A stretch of DNA of 64,000 nucleotides from Lobosporangium transversale (GCF_002105155.1 NW_019029002.1:124001-188000), one strand, 5' to 3'. Positions 36,933 to 52,028 are shown, counted from the stretch's first letter. Notes: generated by a model not told the origin, from the sequence alone. Numbers and translations: made by a program.

Positions 36933-38319
36933 ATGACAACCAAGGAATCTGCTCAGGAACTCCTTGCATTTCACAAGGGACTTGTGTCCATCCCTTGCAT
37001 CACTGAGAACGAATCACCATGTACAAAATACATTCATGAATATCTCACCAAGCTTGGCTATACTGTTGAACTTCAGGAGATTGCTCCAGGGCGTGAGAAT
37101 GTCCTTGCATACTTGGGCAAAAATCGCAATCCTCGTGTCTTGTTCAATACTCATATCGATGTCGTTCCACCTTATATCGATTACCGTGAGGATGAAGAAA
37201 ATGTCTATGGACGTGGTTCCAGTGATGCCAAAGGTTGCATGGCCGCTCAGGTTCGGGCTGTTGAGGAATTGAGAAAGGAGGGCAAGATCAACGAGGGAGA
37301 CGTTGGATTCTTATTTGTCGTTGGCGAGGAAGTCGATCATATCGGGATGGTGGTATGTTTTGTTTTCATCTCCCAACTTTTCTTGTTCTTTTTTTTTTTT
37401 TTTTTTAAAAAAAAAATCATATTTCGTTCTCTTCCGTATCTAATGGCCCATCATAGAAAGCGAATGGCCTCGGACTTACTCCAGACTACCTCATTGTCGG
37501 AGAGCCAACGGAATCACGGCTGGCCCTGGGGCATAAGGGAGTCTTGCGCCTCAATATCAGGATTGAGGGCAAAGCGGGTAATTATTTATTTCCAACTCTT
37601 CGATAGAAAAAACAATGGATAAAAGTTAAATACCGATCTTCCTTTATATCACGCGTTAATTCTCTTTTTGATCCTTTCCATCTTTTTGACTCCATAATAG
37701 CTCATAGTGGCTACCCCGAGCTTGGAGTGAGTGCCAATGATAAGTTGATCGATATTCTCTACAAGCTGAAGTCATTGGTAAGAAGGCTACAATTTCGATA
37801 TTTAATATTCATTTAGTAAAAAGCAATCAGACTCATTTTTTATATTATTTTTATTATTATTTTTTAATTTTTAAACAGGATCTTCCTAAAGATGACTACT
37901 TTGGTCAAACCACATTAAATATTGGCACAATCAACGGAGGACTTGCTGCCAACATCGTCCCCGCGTTTGCCACTGCGGGCATCTCGTTCCGTATCGCCAC
38001 TTCAACTCAAGAAGTGTTGGATTTAGTTGAGAAGGTGATTCCAAAGGAGCAACAGCTGAAGGACAAGATTTCAATCGAGCGCTTGACCTGCTGGGAACCA
38101 GTACGATGCCATTCTGTCCCTGGTTTCGAGACCTTCGTTGCTAATTACTTTACAGATATTCCATCCTTCTTGACTGCTAAACATTCTTTGTTGTTCGGTC
38201 CTGGCAGCATCCTCTGTGCTCATGCTCCTCATGAATATATTAATAAGAAAGAATTAATTGCCGCTGTTGGAAGCTACAAGGACATTGTCTTGAAACTGTT
38301 TGCTGAAGGCCAGCAATAG
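36933..38319 (+). CDS. M20 family metallopeptidase / acetylornithine deacetylase-like
   Basis: Four exons; NTHIDVVPP, GRGSSDAKG, GEEVD, GEPT, GKAAHSGYPELG, FGPGSILCAH. Confidence 0.92.
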
Positions 38320-38560
38320 TCAAATAGCATAGGCTTATTAGAGACAAAGATAATATAAACTTAGACAGAGCAATGCCTTGTATTCATTAAATTGCAAAGA
38401 GTCTTGTCCGGGTCACTCTTTTCAATTGTCATCATTCCCAAAAGAGTTCATAGCCTCAAAAACACAGTATCATATGAGAGGAATGTAGTGAATTACTTTT
38501 TATATCACAGATATTATAATATATGGTCATTAGCTGTTATTCTTTTTTTGAATGCTCAGA

Positions 38561-41500
38561 TCATGATCGTACTACATCCTCTTCTGTCGCCTCTTCTTCC
38601 TCTGATGCTTCACCCATGCCTGAAATTTCAACGAATGAATCTTCAATTTTGCCTGCCAACTCCTGCTCTAATGTTTTTGTAAATGAGTTCGTTCCATTTA
38701 TGGCTCCAAATGTGTTGATAGTTAGTGAGGATATATGATGGGGCAGTGGTATGGGGGATGAAGAGCTAGAAGACGAAGGCGACAACAATTCTTGTTCCAG
38801 CGAGAGTTGCTGTAGATCTCCATCTACTTTCCTCATTTGAGTTGTCAGGAAATAACCTGCTGTAGAGGGATTATAGAGTGGTGAAGATGCTGATGGTGAC
38901 GGTGATGGTAATGGCGATGACAAAGTTGACGACGATTGTGGTGGAGCTGCAGTAGATATCAAGCGTTCTGAAGAGGCAACAGGTAATACAGGCCGTTGTT
39001 GATCTCCATCATTCTCACGCAGGTGTCGCCTACGTCCTAAGACATCTTTCAACTCATGCACCATCTTTGTAGAATCATAAGCCTGTTCTTTCCGGAACTC
39101 TTCCTGTTCCCGTAATAGCTTTTGCTGCTTTATCCGCTCAGCTCGAGTCATCTTCATACCATCAGATCCAACAAAACCTGCCCGCCGAGAAATATCCCCG
39201 CTGCCGCCCGCTTCTGTTTCTGTTGAAGCTTCCCAAGTTTCTTCGCGCATAGATGCCAAATACATAAGATGCTGTGGATCCTCAAAATGTTCTACAGAGT
39301 CAGTGACAGGTATCATGATCCCGTGTGTTCCATCACAATCGTTACGATCCGAACCGTCGAGGTTATTATCATGTTTTCCTTGCTCTTCCGCCATTGATCT
39401 TGCAGGTGACGGCTCAAAAACGTTGTTCAGTGCCATTTTCCCGAGTTGCCATTCCGTAGCCATCATGCTGATATCCTGACTGATTGAATCAAACTGCAAT
39501 TCCAGTAACTGACGTTTTTCCGCATCTGCTGGCTCTAAATAATTATTATAATAAAAAAATCAGTTCTCATATACCTGCAATTGATATAAAGCTAAAATAA
39601 TCACTGATCATAAAAGACTTTTTTTTTTTTTTTAATTTTCCTAAGCATAAGAAAACAAAATACCAACTCACCTTGCTTAATCGTTTCCTTAATGTCCTCA
39701 TTACAGATAAATAGTTTGGCCTGTACGCCGCGAACATGATGCTCCAAGAGCGCGAGACGCTGTACAAATGGCTGTAATTGCTTATCCTGAACGGTGTTTC
39801 CACCTTTGGTGCTTTGAGTATCAATTCTAGGCAGGGTATCTAGATATTTTCAGAAGATATGTCCACGATTAAGAAAATTAGATACCTCTATTATTGCGAT
39901 ATATATTTAAAGCCTCCATCTGATTTAGCTTCTGTTTCTTGTTTGATGTATTACATAATTCAGAGTCCAATACTTTGCTGAGTTCATCAACAACAGATTC
40001 GATTCCGACAACACCTTCATGAAGCACATCTCGCACGACTGTCCAGTTTTGATCATAGTCTTTCAAAGCATTCAATCCTTGACGTCCTTTGCGACTCTTG
40101 CGACGGATTGACAGTAGCTCACAGAGAAACTCGCGTCGTTGACAGTGCATCCGCTGAAAGTTTTTTCTCAGTTGTTCCAATGAGGTCATTTCTAGCGAAC
40201 CCCCTGTCAAAGTTGGGGAGCCATTAGGATTGTTGTTATTAGTAGAGTATGTGCTTGTGCGTGGTGAAATCGTGGCTGAGGCTGTTCCATTGTCAGAATC
40301 TTCTCCTTCTGATGCTGACCATAAAGTATGATGTCGTCGAGAAGTCCTTTTATCAGATGCATGCAATGAATCATCAATATTCAACTGATATATATTGTTA
40401 TGTCCATGGCGACTACTGGGTCTGCTGTTCTGTCTTGAAGATCCTGTCATTGTACGGCTGCGTCGTTTAGACAACGAATTTTGTCGGATATGATTCGAAA
40501 ACGATGAAGGCAAGGGTGGATATTGTTCTGAGGTAGGCGAGGAAGTTAAAATTAAGCGGTCGTTTTCAGTCACAGTGTTGGTATCATGACCATGTGGTGT
40601 AGCAAAACCATGGTGGTGTTCATGGGGCCAAGGTGTAATCGGACTTTCACCATCAAGGCCTCCTCCAGGTGAGCCGGGCCGTGGTGATGGTGTGACATTA
40701 TACATATCTAAAAGGGTACTAAGCCTTTTGTGATCAATATGGGATTGGAGTGTCTCAGTAGAGCGCTGGAACAAAGCTCCACTTTTGGCCAGGGCAGCCA
40801 CCAGCTGTGCGCGCACGATATTGCAACGACGTGTCTTGGAAGCTTGCTCGATGCGCGAAATGGGGGCGAGAGGGGTGGATAGTCGATAACCTCTTGAGAC
40901 GAGCTCGATCTCTTGAATAACCATGATGGCTCGATTGACCTTGGCGTCAAGTGACTGGCAGTGGTTGACAAGAAGTTGCAGAGATCGGAGTGCCTGGTTT
41001 TGGGTAGTCTGAATGTTTCTCCGTTGCTATTTTGTTTCCGAATGTGTCGTATCAAAAGGATGCACATAAAAGTCAATCAATGAAATGAACATGTGCAGCG
41101 GCTCGACTTACCAGAATCCGAAGAATCCATGCAGATGATGCTAAAGCAAGGGATACAGCGGTTGGTCGGCTGAGCAGCGGCCTCAACCACGATATCCTTC
41201 CTGCTCTGGTCCGATTCAGGACTGACCGAGCCACAAGTGTTACCAAAGTACCAAAGCCCAAGGCATATCCAAACCGACCGGGGTTGAATTTATATGTGTA
41301 TTCGACTGTCATAGGAATATCTGTGCGGCGACCACGCTCATGCGCATGCACTGTTACTGCTCGATTGAGAAATGGTGAAGTACAGATAAAGTACTTGAAG
41401 CGCTCTTCAAACTCGGCATCCTCAGTGTCCGATGTAGAAGACGAAAATGTGTGCTAAATAGCAAAAATAAGCGTATAGTGTGAGGTACGCATTCGCAAAG

Positions 41501-41931
41501 TAAGAGGTTAGTTTAATCATGAATAAGATATGGGGATAGCATGGGAGAGGTCTGCTGTGCGGTTGTTCAAATGGTAAGACAATCCGGGAACTGAAAGAAC
41601 CACCAATGCATGAGTATTACCGTCAAATACTCTACAAGATGCGTGAACATGTCGGCGGCATTATGTGCAAGACGAAGTCCGATAGGTTCTGGGGGCGGGT
41701 CAGGATCATGAACAGGCATTGCAGTGTGCCGCAAATCCATTCCATGCTGTTCACTTTGTATCTCTGAATAACAGATATCCACAAGAAAGAAAAGAAAAGA
41801 CGTTGGCAATATGTCAGTTTTTTCCTCCCTAGTACGCTCTTTGTGAACCAAACTAGTAAAGTAGAAACACGGTTAATACCTTGTAAATAATGGGCCAGAG
41901 GCGAATCCTCGTAGACGACAATGTCGGCCAT
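38561..41931 (-). CDS. vezA: Vezatin-like protein (myosin-binding domain)
   Basis: N-terminal VVYEDSPLAHYL, FEERFKYFICTSPFL, two hydrophobic segments, IQEIELVSRGYRLSTPLAPISRIE, RREFLCELL, C-terminal MVHELKDVL. Confidence 0.85.
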
Positions 41932-44902
41932 AAGGAGTGCTATTCAGGCTAAAATCCAGATCCAGGTCGAGGGACAGGAACAAGAATAGAAGTTGCTTAT
42001 TTTTTTTCTGTTTATTTCAGTTATTCAGTTGCCGCTCAACAAGTAAATTGCGGAAAGGAGCCCCTCGGTAAAGAGAGAGTATCGAGTCAGTTTATGGCTG
42101 TTGTTGAGAAGGGAGGAGAGAGAAGTAATGAGAAAAGGAGGTTATGAGGAGGGAGGGAGAGAGAGCAAGAGAGAGGGGAGCAAGACACGAGAGGATTGAA
42201 TGAATGGATGTGAAGAATGAAGTGTGCTGATCTGTTAATGGATGGAAACAAAAACACAAATTGAAACAAGAGGAAGAAGCAGTGCAAATTAACACATTGT
42301 AATGCAATCTTTATTCTGCAAAGGCTGATCATGAGACTTCTCGATGAATGGCATGGTCTTCAAGTAAAAGTAACAAAAACCATATCCCAACGGTGTATTT
42401 AAGCTACAGCATCCTATTTCAGGAACAAAAGCATGCCTCCCTCTCTTTTTTTTAAAAAAGCCTCTTTTATCGTACTGTGGAATCAAATGGATGGCGATCC
42501 TTCTCACTATGTGTTCTACATCGGCAACTCCAGATTGCCTCCGCTAGCCCCTTTTTTTCTCTTGAAAGAAAAAGGTTACTTTGCCCGGACCCCACAGCAT
42601 TTTGTCACACGAACCAAATAGACCCTATTCACCTGTTGTTTCAATGACCTCTAAAATGGAGGAGTCATCATCGATTTTACTCCACAGTCTGATTAGCTAT
42701 TAAGCAGTTTACCATTTGAAGCTCACAGCATGACGAGCATGAACCAAGGGGTCGTATCCTACGTCTTTACCTTCACAGAGCCGATGGATGTATTTCATGT
42801 TCACTAATGTAACGTAGACTACAAGAACGATTATTTTCACGTTCTTTGTGAGAGCCCTTGTCTATTTGAGTCTTGGCAGTTGGTCATCTGAAAATTCAGC
42901 ATTGTAAACCCGAAATAAATATTTACTTGACCACATTTTTTAGCTACTTCTTCTCTAATGGAAGATTAATAACTCTTGGTTACTTTAGTATGAGGATACA
43001 AAATCATTTATTTATCTGCAGAGGGAAAAGGAGCACAAGGGTTTTGATCGGGACCAAAAACAATTAATTAATTTATGATCCAATGCATCCGCATTGTCCA
43101 TCCATCCTCAGAACTTCTTAAAATAAAAAAATAAAAACTGTGGGTGATGACAATAGCATGCAGAGAGCCGCATGTATTGTTCTTCTAAATTACAATATCG
43201 GTGAGTTCACACATTGGATAGAGCATCAAAATAAGAAATTCTGCGCATGGAGAAAAGAACAAACGTAAATCGCATTCTTATTTCCTAATGGAGACAAGCC
43301 CTCTTCCATTCCTCCACTCCGGTGGCTGTGCGTCTGGGACGTCCACGACATCTTGGCGCATCAGTGTCAATGGAGCAATCATTTCTTTTGCCAGTTCAAG
43401 CCAATTTTAGATCCTTCTTTACGTACGGAGTTAGATTTCGCTTGTATCCTTTATTGGCAACATTGCGAAGAATATGAACAAAACTAAATCGAGGCAACAG
43501 TAGCTTCCTGTAGGAGCATGGATACGACTTCAAGCCATGCCACGTCTGTGTTTTTTATCATCTCTTTCTTCTCACTCTCAACATCCCTGCTCTCAGAATG
43601 CTCCTGCATGCAATGTTGCTTCTAAGCGACATGTTCAGCCATTTAATCCAAAACAATGGTTGACCGCACGAAGTTTTCTATACGTGATTATACCTGTGAT
43701 CATTAGCAATGATGTCTAACAATAAGAGAGGCTCATTGTGTTGCCAAAGCAAGTAATTATTATTGTCATTCTTTTTCTTGTTCCACTCTCCTTGACTCCT
43801 CTTTTCGTTCTCTCTTCCTTCCTTTCTTCCCTTTCTTCCTTTTTTTTTTCCACGATTGTCCCCTGAAAGGAGTCTGTTCTTTATCTGATGTTTGATGTTA
43901 GGATTAAAGATCGGCAGAGACACTCTGAGCCTTTAAAGGAAAACGCTCCTCTACTATATATCATTCTTTCACGATCATTCTTCTCCTTGCATGTGCTTAT
44001 TCTTCCTCCTCCCTTGAACTTTGCCTTCTGACCAGACATTTATTCCTTTTAAATATATACTGGTGAAAGCGGAAATAACAAGAAGCTTGAGTCAATTTTC
44101 TGTGGGATAAACAGGTGCCTTGTAAGTCTATCTCCTATAATTCTTTATGACAAGCCTCTCTTGTTAGTATTGTCCTCAGAGGCGTGTATGTCTCTCCCTA
44201 GAAAGGAGGTAGGAGGTGGGGAACCTACATTTACAGAACCCCTTTAGGTTCCATGTCTACTATGTTCGTGACAATAGATATAGGTGAGCGTGGTGCTATT
44301 CCATTCTTTCCTAAGAACGCTCGGCTATCCTTTGCTTCTTCTTTTTTTTTTTTTTTTTTTTTTTTATTTTTTTTTCTACAGAACAGAGAAAGTCATGAAA
44401 GCCATGCGAGTCCGATTCCTCTTTTTTTTATTTTTTATGTTTTTATTTTCATGGTCTGCTCATTGCTCTATCTTCCTTTCCTGGCCATTCGAATCTCATC
44501 TCGTCCCACCTATTCTTGTACCCGTTCGCGCGCTAGCCATACAATTTCTTCGATTAACGGAATTGAAAACCTTGAAACGATCAACTACAGTTCAACGCGC
44601 CTTGTTACGACCGCGTCCAAGCCATCTTTTTAAATACCTGACCTCCCTACACCTTCTTATCCTGCTTCCTCTTTCTTTTTCCCTTTCTACGACGATCAAG
44701 CTAACATTGTCTCATACGTACAGGTGTCTTCTCGCGTACGGCCCTTGTTAAGCTATTTATCTTTCACTCATCATCGACAAAAGCATCCTCCCGCAACCCA
44801 GTATTTCCTTGCTTACCCAATAATCCTATAGCTTCTCTGATCAAGGCACGATCGTTCTTTCGCCACATCCTGCGTTTTTCATCTCCCACCATTTAAAAAT
44901 TT

Positions 44903-47138
44903 ATGAAGTTGCACACAGCGCTTCCGCCAATAAATGCCTCTCAGCATTCAATGGAACCTTCCATGGGGCGTCTGAACTTTCAGTCGTCTAATCCGTCATC
45001 CATAAGCTCGTCAATTTCAATGCCGTTTATTCAAGCAAGTAACTCATTTTCTTCGCTTTCCTATGCTGCCAGCGCCCCTAGCTCGCAATCCCACATCCCC
45101 ATCAACTATTACGATGGGCCTTGGCAGCGGCATGAGGTAAGCCTTTACCGATCTGCATAGGAACTACTTTCTCGGCTTTTTTCTTCTTTTTCTTTTTTCA
45201 CTCTGCCGTCTCTCCTTTTTGTACACATTTCATTATTATTTCAACCACTAATGTCAATACAACACTGTCATAATGTTAAATGTGCTCTATAAACCATTTG
45301 CTTAATTCGTGTTTAAATAAAGGATCAGCTCTTAAGTGAAGCTATGAAAGCCTATGGTCCAAAATCATGGGAGTTGGTTGCCGATTATGTTTTTCCAGAT
45401 GGGTCAAGAGACAAAAATGTTTCTATGCATCGCTGGAGAGTCTTACCTTCTACAAAATCTCGTCAAGTGAAAGGCCCTTGGACTGAGGAGGTAACTTAAC
45501 AAGAAAGGATCAACATTTATTTTGTCTCCCTTTAGCTGAATATTTATTTTTTCTCTTTAATCCGTCTGTGTTGCATTTTATAGGAGGATCGTAAGCTACG
45601 TGAACTTGTAAACGAGTACGGCCCCGAGAAGTGGGTTTTTATTGCTTCTAGGATTGGGTCGCGCACTGGGAAGCAGTGTCGAGAAAGATGGCATAACCAT
45701 CTCGATCCCATGAGTATGTGAAATGAATAGGTGACGTTGAGGTTATTTGTGGATTGCTCTACTAACATTCAGCTCTTTTTCTTAAATAACATGCTCTTCA
45801 GTTAATAAGGCTCCATTCACGCATGAAGAAGACATGCGTATCCTAGAACTTTATAGTCAACTTGGGTCAAAGTGGGCCGAAATGGCCAAGCAAATGCCAG
45901 GTAGACCAGATAATGCTATCAAGAACCATTTCAACACCACTATGCAGAGAAAGAAGAGGCGCATGAGCATGCCCACTATCCACTCCAACTACCAATACCG
46001 TGATCAACATCAGGACCTCGTTACTTCATTGTCTTCTCGCTCCCCTGGGCACTTTCCTACTACGGCAGCGGGAGTAATAGGGCTCAAGAGTTTGATGGCA
46101 GGGTCCTCGTCCGGATCTTCTCTTAGTGCTGGGATATCTATGCATTTGCATCAGATGCCCAATGCCATGTCAAGGTTCATGCCATATGAGCGACGACACT
46201 CCCTTCCTATGCCCCCTACCATGGCCGCCCAGAACATCCCATCTTTCACCAATAGCTTGATCTTGCCTTCACCTCCAAGAACGCCTGATACTGCGCGTCA
46301 CAAGGGCTCATTCTCGTCTTGGTGTGTGACCCCTCCTCCAGTCCGAAGCTTCTTTGAAGCAAATACAGTACAGACGTCTTATGAGCCCTCCTCGTCCCCG
46401 TCACAACCGCATCCAACTCTTCCAGGGATATCGTCATTTGTTCACGCATTTGAGCAGCCCCAGGCGCCATTGTTCAGATATCCTAAGGCCCCAGCTCAAT
46501 GCCCTCCACAGAACTACAACCAATATTCTTTCTCGCCTTACTCTTCATGTGCAGCTTTGCTCTCCAGTAATGCTCCAATTGCCAACCCTTCGACGCCTCA
46601 GTGTCTTGATACAGGTCCAAGCAAGGGTTCTCTCGTATCTTCATCGGCGCGTCTTCAGGAACCGGCGTTGCCTCAGCATTCTAGGACGAATGAGGTCAGT
46701 GATGTATTAGAACCTACGGCCTTAAGTCAGACTGGTTCGACTTCCAATAGCTCTTCACCTTCGCGCGGGGTGTTGGTTCCTTCAGTCCGCCATATCCAAG
46801 TTGACTCGTATATTGAAAATGATGAATCGGTACCAAGCAATACAGGCTGTAGTCGTGCATTTAAGCGCGAGCTTAGTCAAGGACATGAGGAGCATTGTCC
46901 TTCCCGTATCGATTACCAGGCTATGAGCCGATTTTCGTATGATGATAGCGATGTAGTATCTGATAAAGAGTCCATAGGCCTGACAGAGGATGAAGAGCTG
47001 GGTGAGGATCTAGCCCGTGAAACTGACGTTGCGGGCGTAGGAAAGGAAAAGAAATCGAGTGATAACAGGGGTAGGCTTTATTCTCGTGGTACCGTCCATG
47101 CCATGTCAATTGAGAACCTTGTAGGGCCTTCTGCATAG
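44903..47138 (+). CDS. Myb-domain transcription factor (three repeats, first one divergent)
   Basis: Exons 44903-45136, 45323-45490, 45584-45713 and 45802-47138. [52 protein letters not shown]. Confidence 0.93.
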
Positions 47139-47569
47139 GCATCAAGGCGTACCAGGTGGTTTTTTGCCTTAATAGTGCTGTTTATGATTAGTGTCCTTTT
47201 GTACGCTTTTTTTGTAATGACTATTCCCTAATGTTCCCATTGTCTCAATTCCTTGTTTTCTTCTCCCCGTCCTTGTTCTTCTTTCTTCTCAAATCCGTGC
47301 TATGTCAAACTCCCCCCACATAAATGTTTTACCATGATCTGTATTGACGTTCTTATACATGCTTTTCATTTTCCCCTTCATTACATCTTTTCGCACGCAG
47401 CGTACCACTCTATCGACGCTAATTACTGTGCCATATCCTGAATTGCCAATGTTAATAGTATTTGAAATAAACTGGTTTAGTATTCATGACATTAGTTTGC
47501 ATCCCTTTTCCCTTCCACCACAGGTGGAGATCGGAATACATAAAAAAAATTACTATTTGCAACCATGCT

Positions 47570-48689
47570 AAGTACTCTACTTGTTGCAAGGCCTTTCTCT
47601 GCCCGAAGCACCTTCTTTTATTCCGAAAACGTATTGCTTTGCTTCTATAAAGGTCGCTCAGCGCCCTGGTCGTATTAAACAACAACCTTAAATAACTTCG
47701 CGATTTGACAACGACTCATAACTGTCCACTGTTATTGAGTTTTGACGGTTATTAAATTGGATCCTTGTTCTCAAAGTGAATGGTTAGAATGATATCAAAT
47801 ATATGAAGGAATATCTCGCGGTCGGCTTGGTTTGCGTAAATCAATACTACAAAATGATACCGCTATCACTTCGAATTCCATTTGTCTCTTCCTCTGCCCA
47901 TGATTTCCTGAATTTCGAAAGCATTCCAATGGGCGTTGGCCAGCTACAGCCAGGCATGAGAATGTTTTTTATTATTAAGCTATTCTGCATTTTTATTTTT
48001 ATTTTAAATCCTATCAAACCAAAATACACCGAGAGTGAAGTAATTGCGCCTGTTTAGTCTTCAATCTTCCCGAGAAGGTTTTTAGGCTAGTCCAATGTTC
48101 AAGTATCCAGTATATCGGTCACGGAGTATAGAGCTCTCGATCTGTCTTGCATATAACTCCGCCAATGTCTCGAAATGCCGTTCAAGAGATTGAAGTGAAA
48201 GAGGACCGAACTTAAAGGAGCTACAAACCAGTGACCTCAACTGTCGTGGCATGCTTGTCAAGATTGTAGCCATTTCATTATCTTTCATGTCCACAATGTC
48301 TAGATCAAGGCTTTCGAGGTTTTGCCAAGTCCCTGCTGCAACCTTTTCAGCAAAGGGTCTCGAAATATCGAGGCCACCCGGTGCAGTTGAATGCCAGATC
48401 AAACATTTGAGATGTGGACACCGAGCGATAAGACAAAGCTGATTTGCACCATCAAGCCCTCCGTCTCCGTTAATAGTGAGCTCAAGAAGGGATTATTGTT
48501 GGTCAAAGTTCCCTCCTCTCTAAAGCTGACTTCATAATATACGACGCTTTCTCGAAGCATGAATGTTTAAAGTAATTTCCGATGCCAGGCTTTACAGACG
48601 CGGATACATTGAGTAAGGTCACGCTTTTGAAGGTGTTGAGAGATTTGAAACCGTATTTCTGGGGGATTGAGAGAGTCTTGAGGCATCAT
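47570..48689 (-). pseudogene. F-box / LRR (RNI-like) pseudogene
   Basis: From ATG 48689 it reads MMPQDSLNPPEIRFQISQHLQKRDLTQCIRVCKAWH and then stops. Downstream LRR-like blocks are IARCPHLKCLIW and WQNLESLDL...FGPLSLQSLERHFETL. The 3' boundary is approximate. Confidence 0.75.
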
Positions 48690-49056
48690 TTGCCTCAGAA
48701 TGCGAAGGATGAAAAGAGTGAAGATGGTCAGTTTAAATAGTGAATAAAAGAGCCCAAATTCTGGATTCTTGGCGGGCGAGGCGTAGCCATTAACGCGTCT
48801 TGTAACCCAAAATGCTCATGTGACGCGTGACCTAATTAACGTTCATTCCTCTTTCCATTCTATTATAATAAAAAAAAAACCTCTTTTCCATTCTTCATTA
48901 GTCCTCCCAAAATCCTTCCCAATTTCATTCTTTAATCGCCAATTGTCTTTACGGGCTTAACATTCACGTCATTCTGCTCAACTAAACTACGAAGCCTGCC
49001 GTTTTTTATTTCCTCCATTTTTTTTTACTCAACTGCAATAGAAAACACTTTGTACT

Positions 49057-51949
49057 ATGAGTCTTCAGGTCAATTTTACAACACATAGCCATGAGCTCAG
49101 AGCCGCATATGAGGCCGTTTTGCGGCCCGCAGACCCTAAGAATGGCGACAATTGGGCCATGTTTGGTTATGACAAGGGTACCAATGACCTGAAGGTGCTT
49201 GGCCGTGGTAGCGGCGGGCTTGAGGAGCTGCAGGACGAGTTTATGGATGGCAAGATGCAATATGCCTTCGTCAGGATTGTTGATCCTTACTCTCAGCTCA
49301 ACAAATTTGTCCTCATTGCCTGGGTATGCTTACAGTCTCTATATTTTTTTACACGTCATCCTTTTCTCGAAATCTTATGCAAGTCTATTGAGTAAAAAAA
49401 AAAAAAAAAACGGAAAGTTATATTGCATGAGAGAAGGCTTAGTAGAAAACAGCTCTTGGCATTAAGGCGGTTTATGAGGGGAGATTTATATAAAAAAGGC
49501 TGTAGTCGGCTTTTTCTGACCGGATTTTTGGTCAGCTGAATTCTAATCGACCATCGATTTTATGATTGTTTAGTGTGGCGAAGGAGTCCCTGAATCCAAG
49601 AAAGGTCTTTTCAACACACATCTTGCCGACGTTGCTCAGTTCTTGAAGGTACAGAAGAGCTAGTGTGCAGTGTTTGACTCCTTGAGCAAGATCACTACCT
49701 GGTCACCAAACAGCAGTCTAATAATTATGATGATTTGATATGGTGTATCTATTGTTACTTCATATACATGTCTATTTTTCGTCTTCTAGGGTTATCACTT
49801 GCAGATCAACGCTCGCTGTGATGCTGATGTTACCCCAGCACAGATCATGAAGAGAGCTGAGGAGGGTTCAGGCTCAAAGTATTCCACCCACAAAGAGGAA
49901 TATCAGCATGAGAAGATTCAGCCCCTACAGTCTGCATATAAGAAGACTCAGATTCCGGATATTGCGGCTATGCAGCGCACTTCCACGAAGCCTGAACCTG
50001 CACCTAAGGTGAGTAATTTGTATTTCATATCCTCCACCTCGATTCAGTGAAATTTGGTCATTGGATACCCAGTTATCGTTTCCATATTTTAACGTAAAAG
50101 TCCATTGCGTTGTTTATAAATAGTATGGCATTGGTACCTCAAAGCCGTTGGTCAGTACTCCCCCTTCGTCAGCGGCACTTTCATCTCTTTCTGCATCTTC
50201 CCCTTCTCCAAAGCCTGCTCCTCTTGTTCCATCCAAGCTTCAAGGTCGTGTCTGGCCACCTCCAGCATCCTCGCCCTCATCTTCATCTACGACTTCGCCT
50301 AATATCGCATCACCTCCCTCTTCAGCCTCTGTTGTTGTAGGAAAATCATGGAGTACATCTGGAGGTGGGTCATCTTACTCTGCTTCTACAGCAACGTCTT
50401 TTAACAAGGTGCAGCCACCTAGCTCATTGACTTCATATGGTGATTCGAAGCCAGAGCCATTTGTCAACAAAGCTCATCAACTCCGTCTAGAGCGTGAGGC
50501 CCGCGAGAAAGAAGAACGTGAGAGGATCAAGCGTGAAATAGCAGCTAGTGAAGCGCGTGAGAGACAGGCTGAAAGCACCTCTACAGCTCAAAAATTAACA
50601 GAGGAGAGGCGTCTTCAGGAACAGCGAGAGAGAGAGCAAGAAAAGGAACGCGAGCTTGCTCAAGGAGCATCATCGTCTATCCAAAGCAGCAGAAGCGCTG
50701 TAGATGACCGACCTGCGGACTTTAATCGTATACGTGAGGAACGACTTGCACGTGAAAAGGAGGAACGAGAGAGGGCCGAAGTCGAGGACGCGGCGCGCGC
50801 AGCACGTGAGGCAGCCAAAGCAAGGGAGCAAGATGCTATACGGGAACAGGCTCTTGCAAGAGAAGAGGAGCAGAGAAGGCTGTTAGAGCAGCGGCAGCAA
50901 CAGCAGAAACGCGAGTCCGAGTTGAATGAAGCAGAAAGACAAAAAGCCAGAGAGGCAGAAGAACAAAAAGCCAGAGAGGTTGAGGAACTAAGGACTAGAG
51001 AGGCTGAAGAGCACCGCCGAATGCAAGAAGAAGAGGAACATCGCCAAAGGCAGCAAGAAGAGGCTCGTCGTCGCCATGAAGAAGAAGAAGAAGAAAGACA
51101 GTTGAATCAACATCAGGATGAAGAGGAAGATCGTCGGCGTCAGTTTGAACATGAGCAAGAAGAGAAGCATTGGAGAGAGGAAGCCGAAGAACAAGAGCGA
51201 CGCTTGCAGGAACAAGTCAGTGCTGCAACTACCCAATCTGTAGCTCTTGGGGCTGATGCACTTTTGGCTTCAGCAGACCATCCAGAGCTTGCGACCGTTG
51301 GTTCAGTTTCTGCTATTGTCCTTTACTCATATGACAAAGCTGAAGAGAACGAGATGACGTTGTATGAGGGAGAGATAATCAGGAATGTCATGGAGCTAGA
51401 CGTCGGCTGGTGGAGCGGCGAGAGCGAGGATGGCACCCGTTCAGGACTCTTCCCATCCAACTATGTCGAAATTATTGACCAGAGTCATGGCCAAGGGATG
51501 GCTACTGCTGGTGCGGCAGCTACGAATGAGCAAAGGCAGGAATCGGAATATGAACATTATGCACAACAGCATGCTGCTGTTGCCGCTGCTCCTGACCACC
51601 ATGATACCTCTGCAAGTGCTCTCGGCCGTAAGCCTTCTGCTGTAGCCCTTTATGACTATCAAGCAGGGGAGCCTAATGAGATTTCATTCTCTGAGGGTGA
51701 CACTATCAATGAGATTGAAGTAAGTTGTGTATTTTATTTATTTATCTTTTATTTTCTTAAATTTGTATATGTATGGTGAATGTCTACTGATGTCTCTACT
51801 CGTTTAATTTATTTTCTCAACTTAGTTCGTTACTGAAGACTGGTGGAGTGGCAAGAATGGGAGCGGCATCATTGGATTATTTCCAGGTATTGAAATGATT
51901 GAAGTTAAATCTCCTTGTAACTTGTCTTCAGATCATGGACTAACCAAAG

Positions 51950-51984
<35 letters not shown>

Positions 51985-52028
51985 TCATTATCCCCGTAGC
52001 CAACTATGTGGAGCTTATTTCTCAATAA
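49057..52028 (+). CDS. ABP1: Actin-binding protein Abp1/drebrin-like (ADF-H, charged coil, two SH3 domains)
   Basis: ADF-H: WAMFGYDKG...GKMQYAFVRI...KFVLIAWCGEGVP. SH3 motifs LYSYDKAEENEM...GWWSG...GLFPSNYVE and LYDYQAGEPNEISF...GLFPANYVE. Confidence 0.93.

Noticed and set aside
50480..51220. Purine-rich quasi-repeats
   Set aside because: They encode the E/R/Q-rich coiled region of Abp1, not an independent repeat array.
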